A stretch of DNA of 64,000 nt from the human T2T-CHM13v2.0 reference genome, Homo sapiens. Position 1 is the first letter of the stretch. Every line of letters begins with the position of its first letter. The notes under the pieces are model-generated. The model ran no database searches. It worked only from the letters and a program-made list of their open reading frames with translations, and had not been told where the DNA came from. Made by a program: the position numbers and the translations under genes. Where the stretch lies: NCBI GenBank assembly GCA_009914755.4, contig CP068257.2, positions 43,488,001 to 43,552,000 of the forward strand, in the 5' to 3' direction. Shown here in pieces: positions 1 through 14,484 of the stretch.

Positions 1-2980
1 GTACCTGCCGTTATATGTAATTAATACAGGTTGAATTTCTTACTAGTTCCCTTTTTCTGTTTTCTTTGAGCTTACTTTGTTCTTCTCTCCCTGACTTGTT
101 CAGGTAGGCACTCTTTAATTTTTTTACTCCTATTCTAGCTTGAGCACCGAGCTATAAAGGTCCCTCTGATGTACTGCTTTATCTGTGTGCCACACAATTC
201 TGTACATAATCTTTTCTAGTTTTAAGTTCTAAGTGTTTTCTGTTTTCTCCTGTGATTATTTTCTTTTGTCTATGGATTATTTAGAAGTGTATTGCTGAAC
301 TCTCAGACATATGGGACTTTCTGGTTATACTTGGCTTGTTAATTTCTAGGCTCATGGTATTACGATCAGAGGGTGAGCTCTGTCTGATTTCAGCCACATG
401 AAATATGTTGAGATTTTCTTTACGGCTGGGATATGGTCTATTTTTAGAAGTGGCTCATGTGTCCTTGAGGAGCTGATGTGTGATGCACTGTTAGGAGCAG
501 CGTCTTGCATGTGACCGCCATGCAGCTTGTTAATTGTGTTGTGCAGATCTTCCATCTCTCCACTGTTTTGTTTTTTCAGCCGCTGTCTGCTGTCTCTGTC
601 ACCTGCTCCTCTCCACTCCCTCCATGACAAAAAGACTCCGGTGTTTTTGACCATCTTTTATTGCGCCCCTACTGTGATCTTAGTCACGGGGCCAAGCACT
701 CTACATCTGTTCCTCCATTTAATCCTCACGGCACCATCTGCGGCGGGTGTTCCTTGTGTCCTCGTCCTGTCCTCATAGGAGCAAGCCTGGAAGGGGCTGA
801 GTCACTGTTCAAGTCACACGACTGCAAGGCTGAGGTCTAGGGTGGTGGCCTGGACCCCTCTTTCCTGGAAGCCATGCTTTTCCTGAAACCCCTTGCAATA
901 CTCCTGGCAAGTATGGCAGTTTTACCTCAGTTGGTATGAGTGTACTCAAATGGGAGGCAACCATTCTCACACTTGATGTTTAGACTTTGCAGCTTCCAAA
1001 ACCCACTCTGCATATCACCTGCTCCCTCCTCAAAGTGGCTGGGCTTCCCATGCAGTTTCCCATCCTGCAGACGGCCCAGGGAGGTCAGATTTCTTGGCCA
1101 GGCTTGCAGAGTTGGTGGGACATGATGTGGGCACTAGAACCCAGTTCTGTAAATCTTGGTTTCATGTCCTTTCTGCTGTGTTTTTCTTTCTCTGTTTAGG
1201 CGGTGGACTTTTTGGTGTGTAAAGCTTCTAGAATGGATTTTACTTCTTTGTGGCTCTTTGGATTGAGGGAGGGGCTAGGTGCCATCTCCAGAGAAGCTTG
1301 TTCAGCTCATGCTCACTCGGGGCCCTTGCTCTCTGCCCACTGGGGAGGGGCTGTGGTGGAGCTGGATTCGGACTGAGTGGAGGCAACGCTGAAGGTCAGA
1401 GGCCAACGTCCTTGCACTTCTTGACACTCTCCACCCAGGCGTGGTGATTGGGACCGCTGGGGAGGGTGATTTGGGAGCTTGAATCTGGTGTGGGGATGAT
1501 GGGGGTCATTGATAGTGGGGACAGTTCTGGACATGTGGCCCTCATTCTCTGTGCTGGACAAGATGACTCTGTGACCTGTAATTCCAGGCTGATAGAGCAT
1601 TTTCAGTGACAGCCCATTTGACTTGATGGTGCTAGTGCAGGACACAGGTGAGCTTGTCTCTGTGTCTTAGGTCTGTCCCAGCAGATGAGCTGACGTGTGT
1701 TGTAGATGAATGTCAGCTGGTCACAGGTGGGAGGTTTGGAAGGTAGCCTCCAATCTCCTCTGAGGACTGCAGCAGCGACCGGGGCAGCAGGAACGCATTG
1801 TGATGGCCTGGCCAAGTCTGCATAGCGAGAGTCGAGCCACTTTCACGCGCACCTTATCCCACACTTCACCTCCTTCCTCCAGGTTCCCACTCAGAAACCC
1901 GCTCACCCCTGGACACACCTCCCAGAGACTTCTCTTTGGAACTCTGCAATGGAGAAACCCATTGCAGACTTCCCCTTCTTTTGGATATCAGTTTGCTTTT
2001 CAGGAAGAAAATTTTAATACTCCATATTGAGGTTTTATAATTATATTAGCATGTTGAAACATTTTCTCTAATGGCTTGCTGGTTGAAAACGCTTTCACAC
2101 AGAGCAGAAACTAGATGGAGATACTGTTTCACAACCTCTGCTTCAGAAGCAGAGGTGGCCTGTAGCTTCCAAACCCGGGCAGAGCACGTGCAGGGATGGT
2201 GCGTCTCTGTATCTGGACTCACATTCACATGTGTGCATGTGTAGGGGTGTGTGCATATTGAATTGTAAAAAAGATGAGTACGTGTGAGATTCTGCCTGAG
2301 ACTCCAGTCCTCAGTGTGTGGCCTGGTGCCGCTGATGCCGAGATGTTGGGCTGGCAGCGATCTGCCTCCGTCTGTCACAGGTGCCTCTACCTGCTGCAGG
2401 CAGACGGACGGAGACGTGATGGATTGCGCATATCCCCTTTACAGATTCGGAAGAGTACATTTAAAATAACTTAAATTTGTATTTAGAAGACTTTTCATGG
2501 AGAGTATTTATTGTTATAGAGTTCACTTCTGAAATGGTGACAAAGCTTTTGATACTGAATCAAACAAGTGTGAAGTTACCGAATCTCTCTGTTACACAGA
2601 GTGGAGCCTTTCAGGCTGGCATGGAGAGCTTAAGGGGCAACTGAAGGAGACACACTGGCCAAGCGCGGAGTTCTGCTTACTTCAGTCCTGCTGAGATACT
2701 CTCTCAGTCCGCTCGCACCGAAGGAAGCTGCCTTGGGATCAGAGCAGACATAAAGCTAGAAAAATTTCAAGGTGAGTAAAAACCTGTAAAGATCTGATCA
2801 AATCTGACTGGTAGAAATGCCTTTTTCTTGATATAAACCGCTTAATTAAGCCTTTTGGCTTGCCTTTGAAAGATGCTTTATTGAATACTTCCCAGCACAG
2901 ATGATCTGTTACTGTTGGTTGATTTCTAATCTTACTGCAGCCTTAGCTCACCCATGAGTCCCTCCTGCTTGTTCTGGGGT

Positions 2981-3054
2981 GGTGCCTGCTGCCCTCCAGT
3001 GGCATGTGTGGCACCTGCTGCCCTCCAGTGGCATGTGTGGCACTTGCTGCCCTC
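2981..3054. repeat. 29-bp tandem repeat, about 2.5 copies (gg(t/c)acctgctgccctccagtggcatgtgt).
   Basis: Visible direct repetition. Confidence 0.8.
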
Positions 3055-3167
3055 TTTGGGGTCAGTTCACCATTTATTGAGTCAGTGCTTCATGCCGGGC
3101 ACTAGACTTGGTGAAAGCCTTTTACCATCAATTATTATTTTCTTAGGAGTAATTAAAAGAAAATTTT

Positions 3168-3470
<303 letters not shown>

Positions 3471-3863
3471 CTATCTCATGATTCAGCGTCTGCTTTTGAG
3501 AGAAGTTGTGACAAATACTAAAATCCCAGTAAAATTAGTATGGTGTCAGATTAATTTACTTATGAGCAGCTGAGTGACTAACTCAGGAAGTCCAGTTGTA
3601 CATTTCCAGGGAAGCTTTTTCATGGGTTCAGATGAGATGAGGGGAAAGAGAAGGTGTCAGAGGGCTGCTGCTGGCTGGAGGAACGCAGGTGTGCTCCTGT
3701 GTCCATTTGCTCTGTGGATACTGACGAGCGCCCACTGGGCCTCAGATGCCCTCTGGGCATGGCAGGGACCAGGCGCTCGCTTGGCAGCTCTCATGTGAGC
3801 CGCTCACTGGACACAGCCGTGCTCCCGCCTGGGAGTTCGGGATGGCATGCAGAGCTGTGGGGA

Positions 3864-3971
3864 GGGAGCGGTCACCAGGGCGTGAGTGTGGACAGATGGG
3901 AGTGGCTGGTGCAGAGCCATAGGTAGGGGGCGGTCACCAGGGCGTGAGCGTGGATGGATGAGAGTGGCTGG
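3864..3971. repeat. 62-bp tandem duplication (2 copies): ggg(a/g)gcggtcaccagggcgtgag(t/c)gtgga...gagtggctgg.
   Basis: Visible direct repetition. Confidence 0.75.
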
Positions 3972-6900
3972 GAGCCTAGGGGGGACGCCGTCTTTGGGGA
4001 GTAGAGACACACCCATGTCTGACTACTGGGTTTTGAGTTTGTGCCAGCAAAGGTCCTGCTTGCCATTTCTGTCTGTAAATGTCAGGAATTTCAGGTAACT
4101 GGTTCCCTAGCGAGACCTTTAAAGGAGGCTTTATCTTCAACCGATGCTTTTTTTGGGGGGGTACACAGGCAGTCCAAGTATGGGAAGGTCAAAATCAGGT
4201 CACCTTTATCATGGCTTGTGCTGTGGGATGGGATTTTATTTTCAGCCACAGCGCTTCTTCTAGCTTAATTAGTGATAGGAAATCAGCTTCTCTGTAACCA
4301 GAGGTTATTGAAAGAATGAGGATCCCAGAGTTGGAATGAGTCTGAAAGAGACGTTGTGGTTTAATATTGCTAAGTTAAGTGTCGATTTGTGACTACCTAT
4401 TTTTAACATGCCACAGAAGTAAAACATTGCATTAATTATGCCATATATGTGAAATAGCAAGTATTTTTATATAATATAACTGTGCATTGGAGAAATGAAT
4501 TATTTATAATCCTTTGCACCAATAAATTGTTCTTAAAAGCATAGAAAAAATAATCAGGCCAGAAGGAGATATCTAAAGCATGTGCTGAGAAAGCAAAACT
4601 GAAGAGCTGGAAATTATAAAATATTACGACATGATGAGTCATATCTCCTCCTCCTGATTCTGTGTTACTAAATGCTAGCTGCGAATAGAAATCGTGTATT
4701 TCCTTTCTTTCATAAAATAAGAGCTAATTTCGGCAGCAAACAGTTTGGCGTGTTATTCTTTTCCCTTTTCAGGGTGGTTTAAATAAAAATAAATAAACAT
4801 GAAAGATTTTGGCTGGAACATCTTTGGAAGCACGGCCGTCCTCAGCCTCACTGCACTGTCTGGTTTCCCTCTGAGCCTCCCTCCCGGGTCCTGCCTTAGT
4901 GCTGTCTGTGCCGTGTAGCCACAGGTCGCACTGCAGGGCTGTGGGGAGTTATTTTTAGTTTCAGGCAGACTCACTGTTTTTGCCTTTCTTTTTGCTTGAA
5001 AAGACTGAAGTTATTTCTTGTGTTTTTATACATGAGATTATCTTCTGAGGCTGGAACATCTTGGGGGGATACAATAGATAGAATTCCTATAGTAATTCCC
5101 CTGCGCAAGAGGAATTGCTGAGGAGGGCTTCGGGAAACCTTGACTCTTGTTGAAGCCTGGAAAGCTTTCTCAGTCTTTCTCATTGCCACCCCACACCACA
5201 TCTTCTTTTTGTAACAAATATTTATTAACTCATCTTTTTATTTTAAAATGAAGTTCACAGAAGATATTACCTTATATAATTATAGCCATATAATGTTAAA
5301 AAGCAGTGTCATGCTGAAATGTAATATAAAGAGAAACTGAAGATACATAATAAAATAGTTTTCTATGCCACTGTATGGACATTTAGGCACTGCTGCTTTC
5401 ACTCGGATCACTGAGTGGTGTGGGCCTGTCAGTGCAGGCAGATGTGGGGTAGGTACTGAGCTGGTGACCTGAAAACCATAAGCAATAGAGCTGAGTGGCA
5501 TTACTTTCTGAAATGGTCAAACCTGAAGGAAGCAGTGTTCAGTCTTCCCTGTCTCTAGGTAGTCTCTGTATTTCTGGAACATTGAGTGTATGTTAAAAGT
5601 ATAGAAAAATGCATTGTGTCAATCCAAAACTCAGCTGGGCTGGGCTTAGAGAATTATGAGCAGCCTTTCCACCTGCATGGAAGTCCTTTTGTGCAGGACA
5701 GTTCTTTGTTTCCGGGGTGGCCCTGCTCCCTCCAGGAGGTTTAGGAGTGCCCATGTCACCATGATGCCTACGCCACTTCTCATGTTGCTACCTGTTGCTA
5801 CCACCGGGCATCGCTGCCGCCTCCTGCTCTGTGCACAGTGTGGTGTGGCCGCCTGACCGACTGGTCAGGAACTAAAGTTCTCTCGAAGCCTTGACTGAAA
5901 GGAGAAGTGAGGAGGGGCATGGAGCCCAGTGCCAAGAGGCAGCTGCGTCTTTAGGGGCTGGCACTTTTCAGAGGGGCTCTTGGGACCAGAAGGAAAGAGC
6001 CGTCATTCAAGGCTTACACAGCGTGGAGGTGCCCTCCCTGGGGTGTCCTGTGTGCTGACCTCTGTCCTGGTGCCTGGCGGTGTCCTGGCGCAGAGCTCCG
6101 CAAGCCTCTGCGGGGCTCTTCTCTGTGTGGAGGTTCTCGAGATGGGCAGTCCGGGTGGATGGTCAGGCCAATGAGGGCCTTCGAATGAAGCACATTATTG
6201 TAAGGATGCTAATTCTGGATCCTCAGATATTGTGACAAAAACTTGACATTTTTCTTCCTTCAAAGTAATTTATTGACTAAAATAACCAACTGAGCAAAGG
6301 TGATGTTTTAGTATCTAAATATTCCAAAAGATTACTGAAATTTTAAAGTAAAAATTTGGCCAAGAACGAGAAGTCTCTGAATGTGCTTTTCTGGCATGAC
6401 CCCTGTCACCAGGAAGCTGTCAGTGTGGTGTTGGGCCTGATTGATTCGCATCAGCTCAGGTGGCGTCCTATTGGAAGGTCGGCAGTGGGAGAGCAGCTGG
6501 CCAGGTCAGAGGATTCATTTCTGTCTGAAGCTTTGTGAGGAACTAAGATGGCTTTTCCAGTAGCCTCTGTCATTCCAGAGAGTTTTAAGATTGCTTTTAT
6601 TTGTTCTTCTACCCTGGAACTAGGAAGCCAGACCCAAGAAATGTATCCACACCAGGTTTTGCCCATAGTTTTTAAAAATGTTGAATTTCTTTAACTTGAG
6701 GCCCTCACAATTTTCTGGGCCCCCATAAGTTATAGAACAGGGACCAGGCCTGCTACCTTGTGGGGGCTGGGTGGGCACTGGCTCCCCAGGGCACAGATCC
6801 TTCCTGTGGGTGGGCTTAGGGGATGTGAGGGATTCACTTTCAGATGTGACACTCCAGATGTGGGGTTGGTGGCACATTTTTTTTGTCCGGTTACATCCAA

Positions 6901-7859
6901 GTAAAAAGGAGGACAAATTCTTACTGAACCTATGCAGTAAACTCCATTGTCAGGAAGAGTAAAGTGTCTTAGCATGAGTGTTCCTGAATTCTGAAAGTTC
7001 AGGAGAGTAAGATGTTACCTAGAGAGTGTTTTATTTCAGCTTTGAAAGCAGAGTCTACTGGATTTAGGGCTAGAGATAGACGAAGAAGAAAGAGAAGGGG
7101 CTTCTTTGAGCGCACATTAGAAAATACACCATAAAAGAAAATACCGACAATCTTCCAAAGCCACAGTCAGCGTTTCCCTGCCAGCTCCTCCAGTCTTCCT
7201 TCCTTCCTGTCTGCTGGGTGGCGGCTCATCTGTCAAGTTTTCACAGTCATGTGCTTCTGGGCGCAAAGCCCTGGTGAGCCCGGCTCGTTTCCCTGGTGGA
7301 ATCGGACAGTTGTCGAAGGGGTGTCAGCCTCTGTTCAGAAGCCTGAGCCCCTGATTCTGTTCCTTGAAGTGTCAGGAGTTAAGGTGCCTGTATTGAGCAG
7401 GGGCTGCCGTTGCTTCTGACTGAGGGTCCTCTTCAGGCCCACTGGCTCTTGGCAGAGCTCAGTTCCTTGTGACCATAGGCCTGTGGCGCTTGGCTCCTGG
7501 AGACTGCCCATAGCCCCTGCCCTGTGGCCCTCTTCCCAGCATGGCAGTTTGCCTCTCAAGGCGTATAGGCAGGGTCTCCCCTCTTCCTTTCCTCTCTGAC
7601 TTCTCTCATCCTTCAGGGGTTTACCTGATCAGGCCAGGCCCACCCAGGAAAATCTCCCTTTTGATGAACTCAGTCAGCTGATGAGATGCCTTAATTGCAT
7701 CTGTAAAATCCCTTCACCTTTGCCTTATGTAACACTATATCCCATCATGTTCACAGTTCCTCCCGCCTGCAAGGCAGGGGAGTGTACAAGGTGTGTACCC
7801 CAGGGGCAGGATGCTAACACTGCACTGACTGAGAAAAGAATTTGTCTTACCTGTACCTG

Positions 7860-8848
7860 ACAGGTGTGTACCTGAAAGAGGTGTGTGCCCGACGGTGTGT
7901 GCGACCGATGGGTGTATGCTCGACAGTGGTGTGTGCGCCCACCGGGTGTGTGCCCGACGGTGTGTGCGCCCGATGGGTGTGTGTGCCCGACAGTGGTGTG
8001 TGCGCCCGATGGGTGTGTGTGCCCGACAGTGGTGTGTGCGCCCGCCGGGTGTGCGCCCGACGGGGGTGTGTGCCCGACAGTGGTGTGTGCGCCCGACGGG
8101 GGTGTGTGCCCGACAGTGGTGTGTGCGCCCGACGGGGGTGTGTGCCCGACAGTGGTGTGTGCGCCCGACGGGGGTGTGTGCCCGACTGGTGTGTGCGCCC
8201 GACGGGTGTGTGTGCCCGACAGTGGTGTGTGCGCCCGATGGGTGTGTGTGCCCGACAGTGGTGTGTGCGCCCGCCGGGTGTGTGCCCGACAGTGGTGTGT
8301 GCCCGACAGTGGTGTGTGCGCCCGACGGGGGTGTGTGCCCGACAGTGGTGTGTGCGCCCGCTGGGTGTGTGCCCAACAGTGGTGTGTGCGCCCGATGGGT
8401 GTGTGTGCCCGACAGTGGTGTGTGCGCCCGCCGGGTGTGTGCCCGACAGTGGTGTGTGCCCGACAGTGGTGTGTGCCCGACAGTGGTGTGTGCACCCGAC
8501 GGGGGTATGTGCCCGACAGTGGTGTGTGCGCCCGCCGGGTGTGTGCCCGACAGTGGTGTGTGCGCCCGACGGGGGTGTGTGCCCGACAGTGGTGTGTGCG
8601 CCCGACGGGGGTGTGTGCCCGACAGTGGTGTGTGCGCCCGATGGGTGTGTGTGCCCGACAGTGGTGTGTGCGCCCGACGGGTGTGTGCGCCTGACAGGAG
8701 TGTGTCTGACATGGGTGTGTGAGCGCCCGGCAGGGGTACGTACACTCGGGGTGTGTGTGCCTGACGTGTGTGTGTGTCTGACATGGGTGTGTGCACCTGG
8801 CAGAGGTGTGTGCGCCCAGCAGAGGCATATGCCTGACAGAGGCGTGGC
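7860..8848. repeat. GC-rich minisatellite (VNTR). About 37-bp unit GGTGTGTGCGCCCGACGGGGGTGTGTGCCCGACAGTG, about 26 copies with 18/19-bp sub-periodicity. Two CpGs per unit.
   Basis: Direct visual periodicity, e.g. the identical 36-37-mers starting at 8084, 8120 and 8156. Generates artefactual ORFs of 270-420 aa on both strands. Confidence 0.9.
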
Positions 8849-11800
8849 TTAGTGTTCAGGGTCCATAGTACATGAAGAATCCTACAGATCCCTATGGACA
8901 AGGCAGTACAGTAGAATTTGGGGCAAAAGACTTGCACAGATTTTTTTTTTTTTTTTTTTACACAAGATGAAATTGAAATGGCCAATGAGCACACCCTCAT
9001 TCATCCAGCGAGCATTGAGGACCCCCTAGAGGCCAGGCCCATGAGTGATGAAGATCCCGAGGATGAAGACGCCTTGCCAGCCAGGTCAGTGGGTGATGGC
9101 ATTTGTGGTCAGGGGCACCCAGCACCACACCCCTGGCTGCCGTTGACAGCTGGGTGAGTCCCCTGCTGCCTGGGCAGAGCCACCTCTGCAGATGCCCAGG
9201 TGGGTCTCCTGGGGCAGGGACTGGCAGGCTGTAGCCTGTGAGCAGATTCTGGGACCTGAAAGCTAAGGATGGTTTTTACATTTTTAAGGAGTTATAAAAC
9301 AAACAGAAAAGGAAGAATCTGCAACAGAGACCATAAGTGGTCTGCAAAGCCAAAGGTTTATAGAAATGGGCAGACCTGCTCTAAGGGGCCTGCTTGCTGA
9401 TGGGGCCTTGTCTGGATTGCCAGTTCTACTAATTCTGGAATTGGAAGTTCTCATGGAGGACTGTGTGCTGGGTAGGATTTCCAGATCCCAAGATGCTTTG
9501 GCTGCATTCAAACCCACAGGGCAGAGAGAGCCCTCCGCCCTGTTCCTTGGCAGAGGCCTCCACACTCCGTGTGCTGACCGGCCTGCCAGAATGACAACAA
9601 CTGTCAGCTGTCTGCATCCTCCTGGCACCCCTTAGTGTGGCTGCATACTGAGGGGAGTTAAAACCATAAACAGGTGGAGAATATCTCCTTCCAGGGAATC
9701 TCAGAGGACTCAGTGATTTAAGAGGAAAAGACCAAACTGCTGCTTTCAGCAGGACCACTGTGTGCTGCCTGCCTGTCAGTGCATACAGATACGGGGTCCT
9801 GAGTTGGTGACCTCAAAACCGTGAGCGGTAGATAGACAGAGTAGCCCCTAATGAAGCAGAAAGACTAGAAGAGACAGGACCTAATTTAGGTCGAAAAGCA
9901 AAGTGAGGCCTCAGAAGATGAAGGCAGAGTGCGAGAAAGGCTTTCTGGAACTGACAAGTCTGCCATCCACATTTCGAAATGTATTAGAAAAATTGGAAAA
10001 AAAACATACGAAGTGTAGAATGTCAGCAGAAAGGTGTGGCCACAGTCAAGAGGGCCCTCTGTGGGTCCTGTGGTCCTGGACTGCAGGTGGGCCCAGTGGA
10101 GACTGTGCTGCCCCTCACCCTCCCCGGTGGGTCCTCTGTGATGGGGGTGGGTGAAGCTGAGTGCTGTCCTGAAAATCTGACCATGCACAGCCCCTTTCCA
10201 AAGACCCTTCTAATTTTAGAGGCCGCCAGCAGCCACGGGACTAGGCAGCATCAGAGCAGGGACACAATGTGAGTCATATGCGCCTGTGTTCATCCTGTGG
10301 TGTCCCTGGGCCCATGGGGGTGGGAGGGATCAGAGGGATCGGAGGGAGGGGAGTAAAACCAGGGGAAGGAGTGGAGGACCACGAACTCCCTCCCCTTCTT
10401 GGTGGCCAGCTGCTGTGAGGACTCGCTCTCTTAGGACAGGTCCACTGTCTCTGAGCTCTGGTTCTGGCCTCCTGTCAGGTGCCCTCGTGCGGGAATGAGT
10501 GAGGGACAGCAGGGCAGGCTTTCCAGGCTTCCAGCAAGCTCTACATGATGGGTGGGGAGACCCTGCTCTTAAAAACATGTGGACCCTTAGCATTCTTCTT
10601 CCTCAGACCTGGGGCCTCAGCCTAAGCTGAGATGACAGGGAAGAACTACAGATACACCAGATTTAGGGAAAATAACGTCAAGTGGTGCAGACAAGTGGAA
10701 CTGCTGCTTGTGAAGTGGGCTGTGGAGTCGTGATGTTTGCTACGCCCGGCACCATGTTTCAGAACCTGTAGCAGCGCTCAAGAGAGAATCATTCCTTTAA
10801 CAACAAACATGTACTGAGCCCCTGTGGGGAGGCACTGACCGAGGCCTGGGGACAAATGTGGGGACAGACCAGTCCTGTGGTGACAGCTGGCGGGGGTAGA
10901 AAACAGTAGAGCTGCCCCACCAGCCAGCGGCTGCTGGGAGAGCAGGGGTGTTCCCGCACCCAGAGGAGGCACCCTGCCGCTCTCCCCCAGGTTGCTTGGT
11001 GTGTGCGCTGCAGGGAGAATCCCGCCCCCAGCTGGTGTCCACAGGGGCCAGGGACACTGGTAGGTAGGTGTGGAACAAGGGAGTTTGTGACTTGGGATTG
11101 TTTTCTACTTAAAAAATAATCTGAGTAAAGCTTGGTTTAAACAGCATCAAGTTAAAAAAATTCCTAAGAAGTGGTTGGATTCCCAGTTTATATGTGGCTT
11201 TAAGGTTCTGAAGAAGTACACAATTAACCACAGAAGTATGACTTGAATAGATAAGAATTTAACAAAATACACACTGTTGGGTGTAAAATCATAAATATCT
11301 GAAGTTCTTAGAAATTGGTAATTTTCTTTTAGCTTTGCTGTGCTCTGAGCATGACTAAACTAAAAGTAATGAATCCAGACCTTGAAGACTGGTGTGTGTG
11401 TAAAAGGCAAGAAGTGAGAAGATTCACGTGTAGATCCAGGACAATCTGAATTTACTTCTGTTCAGTAGTTCCCAAAGGCTTTTTCTACATGGAGGGACTC
11501 GGAGTGACACAGCAGCTCCCTCTTGTGGGCAGATTCCCCTGTGTAAGGTGCTGGAGGCTGAGGTTCCAGCCTGCAGCCGCTTGTGATCCTGATATGTGGA
11601 GAGTTCTGGAAGACTGATGACTGCTGACCCCCTTCTTAACCTACGCCATCGCCATGCTGGTGGTGGGGATGGGGCTCTTGGCCATTCCTGCCCCTTGGCT
11701 GCCCTTCCTTGGTCTGAGGGTACGTGGGTGGCCCTTCGGGTGTGCCAGGAGCTTTGTGCTTTAGTGACCAACAGTCCCCTGATGTGTGAAGGCCCATCAA

Positions 11801-13174
11801 TCCGATTTAAAATAAAACATTTGAAGTCTCTTCAGAGGACGGTGTGAGGATGTCTGCGTTCAGTGATGGAGCTTGGCCTCTGCCTTGCCCCTGATTGAGG
11901 CTCTGAGGGTTCAGATACAGTCTCTGCCCACTGCATGTGAACAGCCTGGTGGGTGTGGAGGGGAGGAAGCCTGTGATGATGGTGGCACTGTGAGGAAAGT
12001 GGGGATGGAAGGAGGTGTGCCCAGGAGGCAGGGCAGGAGAGTTCATGGATGTAGGGTTGCAGCAAGTCTGGAAAGCTGGGTTTGTTTTCCAGGGAGATGG
12101 CATGGGAGGTGGGCACCCCAGGCAGGAGGGGCTCTGGATATGACTCCAGAAGCCTGGTGGGCTGGAGGGGAGGGAGAGGCTGGGCCTGCTGGGGGCAGGA
12201 AAAGGGCAGACCTGTGCTTAATTTCAATTTCTATGGGAGTGATGCCCTCAAACTTAGAAGGGCTTTTGATGAGAAGCGATAGAGTATAGCTCTTGCCCTC
12301 CTCAGTGGCATCACTGATTTTTTAAAATGCATTTTAGATATTTGTATTTCTATATTAATTAGTATTAGGATTGGCTATAAGTGACAGAGATGCAACATAA
12401 TAGGAGCTTAACCAAGAGAAAGGGCTGCATCCTGCACTTGCTATTGTTTGATTTATGAACTTTAGACATTAACTGTGCACTGTTAGTTCACATGGAGGAG
12501 GATTTAGCTCCGTGACGTTTCTCCAACCTTCTTTTCCTGTATCATTTAGGATTGATTCTGGGTGAAGGTCACAGCATGACTCACAGTATCTTACACACCT
12601 TGGATGTATATACGCACTTCTTATGTCGTAAGTAATCCAGAGGGAGGAGTTTGCTAGAGCTAGTCCAGAGTTCAGCCATCTTAGGGCTCTGGGTGAGTAT
12701 CGCTGCAGTACAGCAGCAGCAGCTTTAGACACCACTTCTGTGTTTAAGGCAGGAACAACTGAGAAGGAGCAGGCCGTGGAGCTCTTGTCTATTCCTTTTG
12801 TCAGAGACATTGTGGAAGCCCTCAGCATATTTTCACCTGTCTTTCACCAGAACTGTGTCTTTCTCCTTGGCAAGAAGTGTGTTTTGTGGCCAGCTTTAGT
12901 CACAAAAGAGACAGAAAATGAGCCTTTCATTTTTGTGGCACCCTTGGTAGAGGGGTAGGGGAAAGGGCTTCAGGACGAGCACTGGATCAGCTTACCAAGC
13001 CTGAAACCACGCCCCCTGCTGGTCATCCTAGAGACTGAGTGGCCCATGTGCTCGTGGCCTGTGGGCCCTGGGCGGCCTCTCAGTTTCCTGCATGGAAGGC
13101 AGCAGAAGCACTTATCCGGCCCTCAGCTCCTCGGTGGTGTCAGTTTGTCTGACCTCTGTCAGTTTGTTGTCTTC

Positions 13175-13472
13175 TTTTTTTTTTTTTTTTAAGACAGAGT
13201 CTCGCTCTGTTGCCTAGGCTGGAGTGCAGTGGCACAATCTTGGCTCACTGCAAGCTCCGCCTCTCGGGTTCAAGCGATTCACCTGCCACAGCCTCCTGAG
13301 TAGCTGAGACTACAGGCGCATGCCACCATGCCTGGCTAATTTTTGTAGTTTTTGTAGAGACGGGGTTTTGCTGTGTTGCCCAGGCTGGTCTTGAACTCCT
13401 GGGCTCAGGTGATCCACCCATCTCAGCCTCCCACTGTGCTGGGATTACAGGCGTGAGTCACTGCTCCCAGCC
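13175..13472 (-). mobile_element. Alu SINE, full length, antisense (begins with poly-T).
   Basis: ttttt...agacagagtctcgctctgttgcctaggctggagtgcagtggc...ctgggattacaggcgtgagtcactgctcccagcc. Confidence 0.9.
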
Positions 13473-13627
13473 TTGTTTGTCTTCTGTGTTACCAAAGTAG
13501 AAAACTTCTTCTGTTCTGTAACCTTGGTTCAATCAAAGTTCCAAATTCATAAATGGCACTTATATTATTATGACGATTGCTGAAAGTCATGCCACAGTTT
13601 AATTTGCTTTATACTTGGATTTGGTAT

Positions 13628-13740
13628 ACTTGATTTTTTGGTTCTGTTTTCTCTTTTTCCTGATTTCCTTGATTTTTTTGGTTCCGTTTTCTCTTTCTCC
13701 TGGTTTCCTTGATTTTTTGGCTCCGTTTTCTCTTTTTCCC
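13628..13740. repeat. About 47-bp tandem repeat, 2.4 copies (cttgattttttggttc(t/c)gttttctcttt(t/c)tcctg(a/g)tttc).
   Basis: Visible direct repetition. Confidence 0.7.
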
Positions 13741-14043
13741 ATATTCTTGCCTGGCATGGAGTGGTAGAGCAGAGTGGGGAATGGAGTTGAGTTTGGATCC
13801 AGCGGTCGAGCAAGTGTCTCAACTCCCATGCTCAGCTTCCTCCTCTGTCACGTGGGGCAGGGAAGGTGCCTGTCGGGCGCAGCGAGCGTGGTGAGTGGTA
13901 GTGTGGGGCCGCGTGCGCCCGTGGGCCCTGAGCATCAGCACTTCTGCCTCTCCGTGTTCTCTTGTTGAGAGGGACCACTGCCTTTCTTATGCTATCGCCA
14001 GCCTTTTCCAGCTTATTCATTCTGTTTCTTGGAACCCATTTAA

Positions 14044-14484
<441 letters not shown>

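Noticed and set aside
7725-9000. ORFs of 270-420 aa on both strands (His/Thr/Arg/Cys-rich 'proteins').
   Set aside because: Entirely produced by the 37-bp GC-rich minisatellite. Low-complexity periodic translation, no start context, both strands equally open.
8918-9160. 79-aa acidic ORF (…DEDPEDEDALPA…) following a T20 run.
   Set aside because: Possibly a retroposed fragment in antisense, but I could not recognise any gene. Too short and unsupported to call.
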